Shown here: positions 8,629 to 18,030 of the stretch, in pieces
Layout of the letters: every line of letters starts with the position of its first letter
Position numbering within the stretch: position 1 is the stretch's first letter
IMG/VR virus record: IMGVR_UViG_3300033073_001448
Location: 27,993-91,992 of that record
From: a virus
Taxonomy: Duplodnaviria; Caudoviricetes
Direction: 5' to 3' (one strand)
Length of the DNA stretch: 64,000 bases
Program-made: the position numbers and the translations under genes
Notes under the pieces: model-generated
Databases searched by the model: none
The model's input: the letters and a program-made list of their open reading frames with translations, nothing else
What the model was told of the DNA's origin: nothing

Positions 8629-8819
8629 AAACCATAACATTGACACGAAAGCAAATTGAGCAACTTGCGCTAGTATTAGCACTGAAAGACAGCATACGAA
8701 GTGTTTCAATACATGAAGGCAGTAAGTCTGGCATTGGACACAGCCACGAGGCTGTGTATCACAATGAGCGAATGGAACTTGATTTTCGTGCAGACATAAC
8801 AGATGTGGATACGTGGTAA
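8625..8819 (+). CDS. hypothetical protein
   Basis: coupled ORF. Confidence 0.65.
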   Translation: MKTITLTRKQIEQLALVLALKDSIRSVSIHEGSKSGIGHSHEAVYHNERMELDFRADITDVDTW

Positions 8820-9448
8820 TGAAAGTTTATATCTCTAATTATCGAGACCATTGGCTCAGCCCTTACACTATCATTAAGCGAGTGTGTTTTTGGCGTGTGT
8901 TGACCACAGGCAAAGACGACGAGGATTCCTGGCAAGATGAACCTTGGGCCGAGCGTTGGTCAGATCGTCTTGAGCCATGGTGTATACGGTTACAAAAACT
9001 TTTGGATTGGATTCATCCGCCCGTTCGTTATGTCAAGATTGATCACTATGACACATGGAGCATGGATCATACACTGGCCCACATCATCTTGCCCATGCTT
9101 CGCCAACTCAAGGCAACCAAGCACGGGTCACCGCTCACTGATTTAGAAGATGTGCCTGAGCACCTACATCCCAAGGTTCCAGCATCAGCAGCCAACAATT
9201 TTGACGATGAAACTGTACATGAACGTTGGAACTGGGTCATGGACGAAATAATTTGGGCATTCGAACAAGAACTCATGGACGATGACGAATCCAAATTTTT
9301 TGATCACTCTGCTGTTGATAAAACCGCTAACTTTCAAACTCAGATGAATCAAATCAAAATGGATAGCGAAGGATTGCGAGCACATCAGGCTCGCAAGACC
9401 AATGGTTTTAGACTCTTTGGAAAGTACTATCAAGGACTTTGGGACTGA
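8819..9448 (+). CDS. conserved phage hypothetical protein
   Basis: DTWSMDHTLA...GFRLFGKYYQGLWD. Confidence 0.75.
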   Translation: MKVYISNYRDHWLSPYTIIKRVCFWRVLTTGKDDEDSWQDEPWAERWSDRLEPWCIRLQKLLDWIHPPVRYVKIDHYDTWSMDHTLAHIILPMLRQLKATKHGSPLTDLEDVPEHLHPKVPASAANNFDDETVHERWNWVMDEIIWAFEQELMDDDESKFFDHSAVDKTANFQTQMNQIKMDSEGLRAHQARKTNGFRLFGKYYQGLWD

Positions 9449-9449
9449 C

Positions 9450-10160
9450 ATGAACACTATGATCGCGAATATGAAAGAACTTTCAACCTTTGACGACTTT
9501 GATTGGTTAGACTCTACATCCAAACGGCCGCCACGTGAAATTGCATTTTCGGATGATCCAGTGGCTTTGGCAGTGGCCAGTCATCGACTGTGGATCGAAG
9601 GTGGCCCGCGCTGGTGCGAACTGGACAAAATGAAGCCTACAGATCAAGATCGTACCACTGCACAACAACTGCGCGGTTACTATCGACAGCGCATGGTCAT
9701 GGAAAAACTCAAACAAACCACTGGGGTAGAAACCAGCAGTTTTAGAAAAAAACTGGGACAGTTGGTCACTGATCAACTCTGCATTACCTCAGACGAAGTT
9801 GGTATGCTGATGCGATTGCCGTATTTTTACGCCGAGGATCAAGCAGTGGATCAGGTCATGTCTAATACCGAGTCAGCACAGTTACATCTACGGGGCCAAC
9901 CCTATACCGGTGAGTTCACTTTGGTTCAGCGTGTGTTGCGTAGCCGCCGTAGTGGTGAGTATTATGATTATTGGCTTACTGACGGTGCAAGCCCAACTGC
10001 TCACAGGTTTGTCATGAAAACTGACAATCCTTTGCGTCAATTCATGGAAACTTACATGGATCAAAAATTCCAGGCTCGGGTGTTGATCTACACACAGCCC
10101 ATGCGCGGTTTTTGGCGCGGCCGAAATGTGTATCAGGTGGCGTTCGTTGGGGTAGCATAA
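9450..10160 (+). CDS. hypothetical protein
   Basis: long ORF in operon. Confidence 0.7.
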   Translation: MNTMIANMKELSTFDDFDWLDSTSKRPPREIAFSDDPVALAVASHRLWIEGGPRWCELDKMKPTDQDRTTAQQLRGYYRQRMVMEKLKQTTGVETSSFRKKLGQLVTDQLCITSDEVGMLMRLPYFYAEDQAVDQVMSNTESAQLHLRGQPYTGEFTLVQRVLRSRRSGEYYDYWLTDGASPTAHRFVMKTDNPLRQFMETYMDQKFQARVLIYTQPMRGFWRGRNVYQVAFVGVA

Positions 10161-10378
10161 TGCATCCTGTGGTAGTTCTGCACGTCAACGCTGTGAGAGC
10201 TTTGGAACTACGAGATCAAGTTTTGAGTCATGGATTAATACAAGATCGAGATTTTGTCTGGGAGTACACACAGGCCTCTTATGACAATGATGGGTATACC
10301 GCAGTAACTCCGCGTCAAGTCAAGTTTAAATTTGTGGATCCAGCCATGGCCACATTTTTCAATCTTAAATGGAGGTAA
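10160..10378 (+). CDS. FxLKW-family small protein
   Basis: FKFVDPAMATFFNLKWR*; its W-R codons supply GGAGG upstream of the next gene. Confidence 0.75.
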   Translation: MHPVVVLHVNAVRALELRDQVLSHGLIQDRDFVWEYTQASYDNDGYTAVTPRQVKFKFVDPAMATFFNLKWR

Positions 10379-10385
10379 GTAGAAG

Positions 10386-11186
10386 ATGTCAAAGATACTT
10401 GCTATTTTACTGTTTGTCATGGCTTTTTCAACACAGGCGCATGAAAGCATTTTGGTCTACAACGTATCACAAAATGTTATAGAAATGCAACGCAACGCCG
10501 ATGCTATTCGTCCTATTGCATCAATCACTAAACTTATGACTGCTATCACTACTTTGGACTGGGACAAAGACCTAAGTCGTAAATTGTTATTGAGTGGTCG
10601 AGCCGGTAGCCATTTACCTCGTCAATCTTACAATCGCTATCAACTGTTGATGGCCATGCTGATTCGTTCAGACAATGCTGCCGCTGAAACATTGGCTGAA
10701 GATTATCCCGGCGGACGAGAAGCATTTATTGAGACTATGAATCGCAAAGCCAAAGACTGGGGCATGACTCACACTCATTTTGCCGACGCATCAGGACTCA
10801 GTGCCAGCAATGTTTCAACTGCACGAGATGTTATGAATTTAGTTGAAACTGCTTCGGGTTATTGGCTTATACAAGAAGCAAGCAAGCAGAAACAAATTGC
10901 ACTGGAAACCAAAGCAAAGAAAAAAGTCAGAACTATCGGACTGTCACATACTTCGGGACCGTTATTGTTTGTGTTTGATCAAGTCACTGTGAGCAAGACT
11001 GGACTTACTTCGGCAGCAGGTTGGTGTGTAGGAATGATGGCCCAACAAAACGGGCAGTCGTACATTGTTGTGGTTTTGGGATCCAAAACCAAACAACAAC
11101 GATTTGACACAGTCAAAGACATACGATATAATCATTTCACTGATAAAAATTTATTCGATACACCATTACCTAATAATTATAGATAA
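10386..11186 (+). CDS. peptidase S11 D-Ala-D-Ala carboxy/endopeptidase (PbpG-like)
   Basis: signal peptide; SITK (SxxK), SDN and KTG catalytic motifs. Confidence 0.9.
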   Translation: MSKILAILLFVMAFSTQAHESILVYNVSQNVIEMQRNADAIRPIASITKLMTAITTLDWDKDLSRKLLLSGRAGSHLPRQSYNRYQLLMAMLIRSDNAAAETLAEDYPGGREAFIETMNRKAKDWGMTHTHFADASGLSASNVSTARDVMNLVETASGYWLIQEASKQKQIALETKAKKKVRTIGLSHTSGPLLFVFDQVTVSKTGLTSAAGWCVGMMAQQNGQSYIVVVLGSKTKQQRFDTVKDIRYNHFTDKNLFDTPLPNNYR

Positions 11187-11416
11187 TGCAACTCGAATCA
11201 TATCAGATTAGAGACAAAGAATCCTTTGCTTACGCCAAAGAAATTGCTAAACCTTTTGGTCAATTAGATGTAATTATTGATTGGTGCAGAACGGAACTTT
11301 CTGGTGAGTGGCGCTGGCAGTTGATCCGCACATCCACAGACCGCGAACCTGGCCGCTACATTTTTTACTTTGACTCTGACCGTGATTGCTGTGCGTTTAC
11401 ATTGAAGTGGCAGTAA
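11186..11416 (+). CDS. FxLKW-family small protein
   Basis: DWCRTEL.GEW...FYFDSDRDCCAFTLKWQ*. Confidence 0.75.
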   Translation: MQLESYQIRDKESFAYAKEIAKPFGQLDVIIDWCRTELSGEWRWQLIRTSTDREPGRYIFYFDSDRDCCAFTLKWQ

Positions 11417-11458
11417 TACTTTTTACTACTTGACACAAAATCGCGTATCCTTTACAAT
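11413..11458 (+). promoter_or_regulatory. sigma70 promoter with GTAATAC half-site
   Basis: GTAATAC contains the upstream stop; TTGACA 11430-11435, 17 nt, TACAAT 11453-11458. Confidence 0.75.
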
Positions 11459-11485
11459 AAGGTTATTGTATAGCAAAGGATTGCC

Positions 11486-11716
11486 GTGGAAATCAACATT
11501 GAACATCTCACCACAGAGCAGAAAGAAATGCTGGACTTTATGTGGAATGAACTTGAAGACCTCGAAGACTATGAACGCTGGTTTGAGTGTTTGAGCACAG
11601 AGCAACAAGAGCAGGCTGTGGTACTGCAACGCCTTATCATCTTGGAAATGATGGAAGAGTTGCTAGAAGATACCACAGTAGCCAACAACTACCTTAAAAA
11701 ATTTCAACTGCAATGA
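11486..11716 (+). CDS. acidic hypothetical protein
   Basis: GTG start after AAAGGA. Confidence 0.7.
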   Translation: MEINIEHLTTEQKEMLDFMWNELEDLEDYERWFECLSTEQQEQAVVLQRLIILEMMEELLEDTTVANNYLKKFQLQ

Positions 11717-12066
11717 GTTCAGGACAAGACGCCGAGGATCCTCGGCCACAACAGTTTGCTATAATGTGGGACTGTCATGGTCTTGAAGCTGTGGCTCGAG
11801 TACCTAATCCTGCTGACACTACCTTTGCACTGCTCAAAGGTACTAAACCCCCCAAACCGCCCAACATCTTGCATTGGCAACTGCGAGCAAGATATAACCC
11901 CCAGCGTCATTACGAAATTTATATCATCACTGCCACACCGGGCATTAGCGAAGATGATATTCTCAAAATGTTTGATACCAACCCACAAGTGGCCGCTGAC
12001 ACTATTCGGCGTATCGGTCACTGTTTCTACAGTGATCGCGAAACCAAAGAAAGAGTAATTACTTGA
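11713..12066 (+). CDS. hypothetical protein
   Basis: coupled ORF. Confidence 0.7.
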   Translation: MSSGQDAEDPRPQQFAIMWDCHGLEAVARVPNPADTTFALLKGTKPPKPPNILHWQLRARYNPQRHYEIYIITATPGISEDDILKMFDTNPQVAADTIRRIGHCFYSDRETKERVIT

Positions 12067-12626
12067 ATCAAAATATCATAGACAGCTTAAAAGCATTTGA
12101 TTGGCAAAAAATTATTGACTATGCCAACAGCCTCGATGACCTCAATGATGCACAACTTAGATTTGTCAAAGGTCTTGCAATAGAACTAGCCATTGAGCAA
12201 CTAAGCAACACAGACCTAACTTATGTAGGATTACCGCACCAAGACTATGTTTGGCCAAGTCAAGGCAACATCAGCGTAGAACTCAAAAGCGTAGTCAGTC
12301 ATAAAATGTACGATCGCAAAGGGCAGATAAAAAACACACTGCCTGGTATCAGACTCAGCAACAGTATTGGGACAAATAAAACAAAAACATTAGACCCTAC
12401 CAAAATTTCTGATCTACTGCTGGTGGTCCTACAAAATGGCGCATTTGCTGTGCCCAAGCAAACTGTAATATCCAAAGCCACACATTCTGGAGATGGCTGG
12501 TATCTTGAAGTTAACAAAACGGACCTAGTTGAGCTGTCGGGGTGCGTGACCAAAAAAGAAGACTATCAAACTAAGTTAAGCGAAAGTATTAAAGGAGCGA
12601 TCAAAGATTCGTTGTCAGGGATCTAA
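12063..12626 (+). CDS. putative PD-(D/E)xK nuclease
   Basis: KGLAIE...HQDYVW...SVELKS arrangement. Confidence 0.5.
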   Translation: MNQNIIDSLKAFDWQKIIDYANSLDDLNDAQLRFVKGLAIELAIEQLSNTDLTYVGLPHQDYVWPSQGNISVELKSVVSHKMYDRKGQIKNTLPGIRLSNSIGTNKTKTLDPTKISDLLLVVLQNGAFAVPKQTVISKATHSGDGWYLEVNKTDLVELSGCVTKKEDYQTKLSESIKGAIKDSLSGI

Positions 12627-12635
12627 CCAAAATTG

Positions 12636-12664
12636 TTGACCTCAAATTAGAGTTACAGTATAAT
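12636..12664 (+). promoter_or_regulatory. sigma70 promoter
   Basis: TTGACC-17-TATAAT. Confidence 0.8.
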
Positions 12665-12713
12665 CAAAGGGTAGCGTAACAACTACGTATCAAAATTTAA
12701 CTTGGAGAAGCAT

Positions 12714-13835
12714 ATGATAAAGCGAATTTCGCGCTCACTGTCAGATGTTGCTGATGAAATTCTTGACAAACTCAAGAACGAGCACGGCGTCACTGACCAA
12801 CAACTCAAGCAACTGCGTAGTCGCGTAGTTAACTCAGGATATCGTTTCCCCTTAGGGGGCATCAAAGTACCAGTATCGGTCATTTGGATCGACTATGAAG
12901 TACAACGTGACGTCATTATCAAAACAATTTTGGCTTTGTTAGCAAAGTGGGACAACCGCATTTGTCAACCGGCTGCATGTAACACTTATCCAGATTTGGT
13001 CGAAATCTGTGACACTGTTAAGCATATCTATAAGTTCAAGCGACTGTTTGTATATGACGCCCAGCATCGCTGTGTAACTTTGGCCATTCTTGGTTTCAAA
13101 GAAATCAATGTCACTGTGGTTGTCGATGATGATCCTAAATTCCCCAGTTACGCATTTCGAACCAGTAACAGCGTGGTTAAAAAAATTGGCAAGCCTGATT
13201 TTCACCGCAACAACATTCGTCTTTATACCTTGGGTGTACACGACGAAGAAACCATTCCTGCCTACAATCTACAGGAACAGTTCAATCGTCTCAAGATTGA
13301 CTTTGTAGAACACCCGGATAAAATTCCAGCGGCAGAGCGTCAAGACTTCTACATGAGTCACTTTGACTATGCATACAAGCCCATGGGCGCAGACAAAACT
13401 GGCAAAGTAGCCGGACAAATCCTAGAAGCCATTATCAAGACTTGGCCCAAGCAATCCAAGGTTCAGAACGGTATCTATATCGGACTGTATCACATGAACA
13501 CTGTAGTAAACAGTCTTGGCAAGAAGTTTCCCCGAGATTGGATGCTACAAGTATGCCGCGGTGTAGCCCAGAGTTTCGACAACAGTGAACATGTTGAGGC
13601 TGCGGCCAGCCGACATTCCAAATGGATCAGCCGCACTAAGACTTGGAACGTTCCTGAGTGTATGTTCAAGTTCATGCGCGAAGTGTACAAACTCAATGGT
13701 GGTACTTTGCCCATTCCCAGCGACGGTGAAGATTTTGAACTTCACAAAGGTCTTTGGGTTGACGCCGCACTGATTCCTAATCATGCACACCTTTATCGTG
13801 AACAAGTTGAAGACGACGAGGAGGTCACAGCATGA
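12714..13835 (+). CDS. ParB/Srx-like (DGQHR-type) domain protein
   Basis: IDYEVQR...WD...FVYDAQHRCVTLAILG. Confidence 0.65.
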   Translation: MIKRISRSLSDVADEILDKLKNEHGVTDQQLKQLRSRVVNSGYRFPLGGIKVPVSVIWIDYEVQRDVIIKTILALLAKWDNRICQPAACNTYPDLVEICDTVKHIYKFKRLFVYDAQHRCVTLAILGFKEINVTVVVDDDPKFPSYAFRTSNSVVKKIGKPDFHRNNIRLYTLGVHDEETIPAYNLQEQFNRLKIDFVEHPDKIPAAERQDFYMSHFDYAYKPMGADKTGKVAGQILEAIIKTWPKQSKVQNGIYIGLYHMNTVVNSLGKKFPRDWMLQVCRGVAQSFDNSEHVEAAASRHSKWISRTKTWNVPECMFKFMREVYKLNGGTLPIPSDGEDFELHKGLWVDAALIPNHAHLYREQVEDDEEVTA

Positions 13836-14398
13836 GTTACGAGTCGCTCAAAGAAGCCGTAGAAGGTTTTGAAGAAATCAACTATCGCCAAGTCATGGTT
13901 GAACGCAACGAAGCGGCATATCGTATCACCGAAGAATTTATTCGAGCCGAAGTGTCACGTTTAGTTGAAATGTATCAAAATCTCACTGTGCTAGATCAAC
14001 GTGCTCGTTTGATACGAGATGGTATTGATTTGTATCTGCGTCGTGGCCACGGATATGCCATTGAAGGACGAATTGGATCTCACTACCGAGAAGTGGGAGT
14101 AGATCCAGACAACTGTATCTTCGAGCACATGATTCCGCAGAGTCGTATCCGTGACTTATTGATCCAAGATCGTATTTCTCTCAAACAAGCAATGAATCCA
14201 CCGACTTGCTTGATCAGCAAATCTAACGATGTGTTATTGAGCAAAAGTGGGTTCAATAACAAGACTCCAAGTTACTGGCATTTTTTTGATCGTTATACCG
14301 GAGTGTTTCAGTCGCAGTACGAAACATTCAACGGTCAAAAAATAGTAGACCCACATAATTGGACATTAGGCCGTCATTACGAATTTTTTGGGATATAA
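13832..14398 (+). CDS. putative His-Me finger/HNH-like nuclease
   Basis: FEHMIP...PTCLISKSND; ATGA-coupled to the ParB-like gene. Confidence 0.5.
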   Translation: MSYESLKEAVEGFEEINYRQVMVERNEAAYRITEEFIRAEVSRLVEMYQNLTVLDQRARLIRDGIDLYLRRGHGYAIEGRIGSHYREVGVDPDNCIFEHMIPQSRIRDLLIQDRISLKQAMNPPTCLISKSNDVLLSKSGFNNKTPSYWHFFDRYTGVFQSQYETFNGQKIVDPHNWTLGRHYEFFGI

Positions 14399-14399
14399 C

Positions 14400-14648
14400 A
14401 TGAGCATCCTGCAACTCAATTCAAGACCATGGACAGTTTTTGATCCTGCCAACAAAGAACATCGGCGTTGGTACAACGAATTTGTACAGCATCGAACCTG
14501 GGGCCGTTGTCCTTACAAATTCATTATTCCTGACGACTCTGGAGACTTGATCACCATGTGCCAGCGAAGTTTGGTCAAGTACTATGTAGAGCATGAGTTC
14601 AAAAATGTGGCAAAAATCCCACGTGTTAAAAAAGTAGTACGCAAGTAG
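14400..14648 (+). CDS. conserved phage hypothetical protein
   Basis: FDPANKEHR..Y..F....TWGRCP. Confidence 0.7.
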   Translation: MSILQLNSRPWTVFDPANKEHRRWYNEFVQHRTWGRCPYKFIIPDDSGDLITMCQRSLVKYYVEHEFKNVAKIPRVKKVVRK

Positions 14649-14720
14649 TACTTTTTGTGGTTGACCAAAAATTCACCATTTGCTATAATAATGACATACT
14701 GAAACACAAAGGAGCCCCAA
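14634..14720 (+). promoter_or_regulatory. early promoter cassette
   Basis: GTAGTAC-GCAA-GTAGTAC, 9 nt, TTGACC-17-TATAAT, ACACAAAGGAG. Confidence 0.85.
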
Positions 14721-15005
14721 ATGAGTACCGCGATTTACAATGCACTGACCGAGCAAGAACGTCGAGAGGTGCGAATGTATGGTTGCACCGAAGCCCAGAT
14801 GCGTGAAGCAGTGGAGCAGAGCATTACCTTTCGCTTTTCGGGTCCGGCTATGATGGCCGCAAGCCTCATGAGCGACTGCCAAGAAATGGTGGGCTATGGC
14901 CCCTATGACGGTGACACCCTGGCCAATATTCTGGAAGACCAGCGCCAGTGTCTCAACCGCGCCAAGTGGATTTTGTTCAACTATTGCATGAAAGGCCAAG
15001 AATGA
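14721..15005 (+). CDS. hypothetical early protein
   Basis: ORF after cassette. Confidence 0.75.
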   Translation: MSTAIYNALTEQERREVRMYGCTEAQMREAVEQSITFRFSGPAMMAASLMSDCQEMVGYGPYDGDTLANILEDQRQCLNRAKWILFNYCMKGQE

Positions 15006-15205
15006 GCACCCTGGCAGAACAAGTGTTTGGTCTCAACCCCGGCATCCAATCAGAAGATGCAGTGATTGGCCTGGGCTTTGATTGCATGCGAGTGCAACAC
15101 GGCATCAAGTCTGCTCGTTATAGTTTTTGGTATAACGAAGATTTTGCCGCAGATTTTGTCAGTGAATATCGTTGGCTTCAACAGAACTCAAAGGAGAAAG
15201 CATAA
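15002..15205 (+). CDS. hypothetical protein
   Basis: coupled ORF. Confidence 0.65.
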   Translation: MSTLAEQVFGLNPGIQSEDAVIGLGFDCMRVQHGIKSARYSFWYNEDFAADFVSEYRWLQQNSKEKA

Positions 15206-15666
15206 TGGGAACTCGTAGTCGTATTGGTGTGATGCATGGTGACAAACTCAAGTCTGTGTATTGCCATTGGGATGGTTATCTGGATCACAACGGCCGTATC
15301 CTGCTGGAATATTATAACTCTGCCAAGGCCAACCAACTGGTAGCCCTGGGCGACCTCTCCAGCCTGGGCGAAGAAATCGGCGAGAAGCACGGATTTGATG
15401 ACCGCTCTAACCCCAACTGGTGCACCTTCTACGGACGTGACCGCGGCGAGACCGGCACTGAGTGGACTTGCCATGAGGACTTCCAAAGTTTCCTGGAGCA
15501 CTGTGACTCCTGCGGCGCTGAGTATTACTACATCATGCGGGACGGTGTTTGGTATTGCGGCACTACCTACGACGGGCATGCTATGTCCAGCAAATTGGCG
15601 GTCTTGGCAGAAGCCTTGGCAGACCACGACATTGAGCAGGCTGAAGAACAAAATGAGCCAGCGTGA
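15205..15666 (+). CDS. conserved phage hypothetical protein
   Basis: MGTRSRIG...YCHWDGY; AAGGAG SD. Confidence 0.8.
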   Translation: MGTRSRIGVMHGDKLKSVYCHWDGYLDHNGRILLEYYNSAKANQLVALGDLSSLGEEIGEKHGFDDRSNPNWCTFYGRDRGETGTEWTCHEDFQSFLEHCDSCGAEYYYIMRDGVWYCGTTYDGHAMSSKLAVLAEALADHDIEQAEEQNEPA

Positions 15667-15907
15667 TTTTCTCAACCGCGAACTGGCCCTGGATGACTAT
15701 GTGGTTTTTCCAGGTGCCTACAACGGTGGCATGAAACTGGGCCGGATCATCAAGTTCACACCCAAGAATGTCAAGATTGAACACCCTGGAATAAACTGGA
15801 GGAACAACAGTCACATGATCACTACCTTGCGAGCAGCCAATCAATGTGTGCGTGTGGAAGGCCCGGATCTAACTTTCTTCTTGTTGTCAAAAGGAAATCA
15901 AGGATGA
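15653..15907 (+). CDS. hypothetical protein (SH3-like)
   Basis: DDYVVF...GRIIKFTPKNVKI. Confidence 0.65.
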   Translation: MSQRDFLNRELALDDYVVFPGAYNGGMKLGRIIKFTPKNVKIEHPGINWRNNSHMITTLRAANQCVRVEGPDLTFFLLSKGNQG

Positions 15908-16110
15908 ACAAACGAATTAAAGAACTTGCTCTACAGGCTGGAGCACAAGGTATTGTCAATCGAGACTTTATTAATATTGAAAAGTTTGCTGAGTTGATTG
16001 TTCAGGAATGTGCCAAGGTATCTGAACGAACAGGTGCCTTAAACGAAGCCGATTATGAAGGCGAGATGATTGCTGATGCCATCAAAGAACATTTCGGAGT
16101 TCGAGAATGA
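15904..16110 (+). CDS. hypothetical protein
   Basis: MNKRIKELA...EKFAELIVQECA...IKEHFGV. Confidence 0.75.
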   Translation: MNKRIKELALQAGAQGIVNRDFINIEKFAELIVQECAKVSERTGALNEADYEGEMIADAIKEHFGVRE

Positions 16111-16232
16111 CCGAAGGTGACCGGGCTGGTTGGTGGGCAATTGCGTATCTACTTATGGTAGGTGCGGCCGCTTACTTTACCATGTTTATGGTTGTTTTTA
16201 GTTTTATTAAAAGAATGTTTTGGAGTTGAATC

Positions 16233-16631
16233 GTGAGCGGCTACTCAACCTACCTACGCCTACAACGCATTGAAGAGCAGGCCAAACTGCTGGGCTTTCG
16301 TTTAGGTAACCCCAAGCATGGCCATTGGAGTAGTTCCAACGAAGGCTCTGACCAGGTCACCCTTTACCCCAACGGTGAGGCACTGCCAACCTTTAACCGC
16401 GAGGCCGATATCTTTACTGGCTCGTTCCGTGACTGTGAAATCTTCATGATGGGCTGGGTTCGTGCTCAACAATACGACATGATTCTGCGTCTTAGCGATG
16501 AGAAAAAGCGTAAAAAATACGAGGACCGAGAACGTGCTCGTCAAGCAGAGCGAAAAAAGCGAGCAGAGCAAGCAGAAATGTTAAAAGTACTAAAGGCAAC
16601 CGATGCTGAAAATCAAGGCAAAAAGCCATAA
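16233..16631 (+). CDS. hypothetical protein
   Basis: GTG start with GGAG SD. Confidence 0.7.
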   Translation: MSGYSTYLRLQRIEEQAKLLGFRLGNPKHGHWSSSNEGSDQVTLYPNGEALPTFNREADIFTGSFRDCEIFMMGWVRAQQYDMILRLSDEKKRKKYEDRERARQAERKKRAEQAEMLKVLKATDAENQGKKP

Positions 16632-16638
16632 ATACAAC

Positions 16639-16812
16639 ATGCGTATAAATGAAGTTCAACAACCATCAGACAAAACTCTGTTTGAAAGCATCGATGCCGA
16701 AAACAATACTGGATATTTAACTGAGGATCTGGTGCGTGTGGTACGTGCCGCTGAATCTAATCAGTGGTCCGCGCCCATGACTGCTCAAGACCTCTTGGAG
16801 AGTTTAAAATGA
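16639..16812 (+). CDS. small acidic protein, putative antitoxin
   Basis: TAAATA 16629-16634 upstream; ATGA overlap with a RelE-like gene. Confidence 0.55.
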   Translation: MRINEVQQPSDKTLFESIDAENNTGYLTEDLVRVVRAAESNQWSAPMTAQDLLESLK

Positions 16813-17180
16813 CTGTGCGGTTCACAATGAGCCCACTGTTTAAAGAAACCTATGCTAGGCATGCCAGGGGAGCTCCTGGTCTGGCTGCAAAATTTGACGC
16901 ATTTATTTCCGCCAAAACGCAAGCGCCAATTCAGCAATTTGGCAAAAACGATACTCTGTTGATCAGTACTGGCCCTTTGGGTCGTTCAGTTCCTGGATTG
17001 AGACACGCACACCTGTCACAGGACCTATCAGTATTTTACACCATTGAAGGCAGGAACCCTACCTTGATCAAACTCTACGGAATTTTTAGTCACAAAGAAT
17101 CCGGTACAAGCAACAATGCCAACATCAAAGTCCAAAAAAATCTAGGGCAACAACTGTCAAATCAGGTGTTTACAGATTAA
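16809..17180 (+). CDS. RelE/YafQ-like mRNA interferase toxin
   Basis: SPLFKETY...LRHAHLSQDLSVFY...LIKLYGIFSHKE resembles the YafQ H..pD.ll.Y...L...gsH pattern. Confidence 0.65.
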   Translation: MTVRFTMSPLFKETYARHARGAPGLAAKFDAFISAKTQAPIQQFGKNDTLLISTGPLGRSVPGLRHAHLSQDLSVFYTIEGRNPTLIKLYGIFSHKESGTSNNANIKVQKNLGQQLSNQVFTD

Positions 17181-17187
17181 ACCCAAA

Positions 17188-17286
17188 GTATTACAAAACC
17201 CTGGTAGTACCAGGGTTATTTTTTTGGTTGACCAGAATTTACCGATTTGCTATAATAATGACATGTTGAAACAAAAGGAGAGTCAG
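17188..17286 (+). promoter_or_regulatory. early promoter cassette with perfect palindrome/terminator
   Basis: GTATTAC; AACCCTGGTA-G-TACCAGGGTT (17197-17217) plus T-run; TTGACC 17228, 17 nt, TATAAT 17251; AAAAGGAG. Confidence 0.85.
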
Positions 17287-17763
17287 ATGTCCCAAGCAAC
17301 TCGTCAACGTCATTATGGTGCCGATGGTGAAGTCAAGTTTGTTCCGCATCGCAACCTCTACGTGGGGTTCTGGGGTGGCAAGGTTCGGGTGACCAAACGC
17401 ACTGCTGAAGCCTGTGCTGAATTTCTGGCTCGCACATATAGTAGCACTGTGGTTGCCAAAGCCGCCCGGCCCGTGGTTGCCAAGCCTGCAAAACCTGTGG
17501 TTGGTGCAGAACTGCAAGAGTTTGTGGATCGTCAAAACGCCATGGCTCGAGCATTCAAATCCAGTGTGTTCACCTTGGACACTGCTGACGGTCGTCAACA
17601 CATTGCAGACTCCATTGACGCCGCACTGAGCCCTGAAAATCTCACTTGCGATGGCGAACTGCCTCGTGCCACTGTGCAGGCCAAATATCGCGGTCTCACC
17701 CGTGCCGCCAAGCAACTGCTGGCGCTGGACCCCACTGTGAAGTTTTACGAATTTTCGGAGTAA
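17287..17763 (+). CDS. hypothetical early protein
   Basis: LSPENLTCDGEL motif; SD. Confidence 0.75.
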   Translation: MSQATRQRHYGADGEVKFVPHRNLYVGFWGGKVRVTKRTAEACAEFLARTYSSTVVAKAARPVVAKPAKPVVGAELQEFVDRQNAMARAFKSSVFTLDTADGRQHIADSIDAALSPENLTCDGELPRATVQAKYRGLTRAAKQLLALDPTVKFYEFSE

Positions 17764-17766
17764 ATT

Positions 17767-18030
17767 ATGAGCATCGAAATTGAATACAACTTGACCAGCA
17801 ACTCAGTGCCTGATTATGCCATGTATACCGAACTTGGCAATGCTGGCGTGCATGGCATTGTGGTTGCGGCTCGTGCCAAGCAACTGACCTGGCGTCAAAC
17901 ACTGGCCGCCCTACGTGAACTGGCCGACAGCAACTCTGATGTTTTTGGCGAAGCCATGGACACCATGGTTCGCGAGTATGTATATGATGCCATTGGTGCC
18001 GGTCGCCGTGGTGAAGACTTTTACGTGTAA
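17767..18030 (+). CDS. hypothetical protein
   Basis: GGAG SD; EAMDTMVRE. Confidence 0.75.
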   Translation: MSIEIEYNLTSNSVPDYAMYTELGNAGVHGIVVAARAKQLTWRQTLAALRELADSNSDVFGEAMDTMVREYVYDAIGAGRRGEDFYV

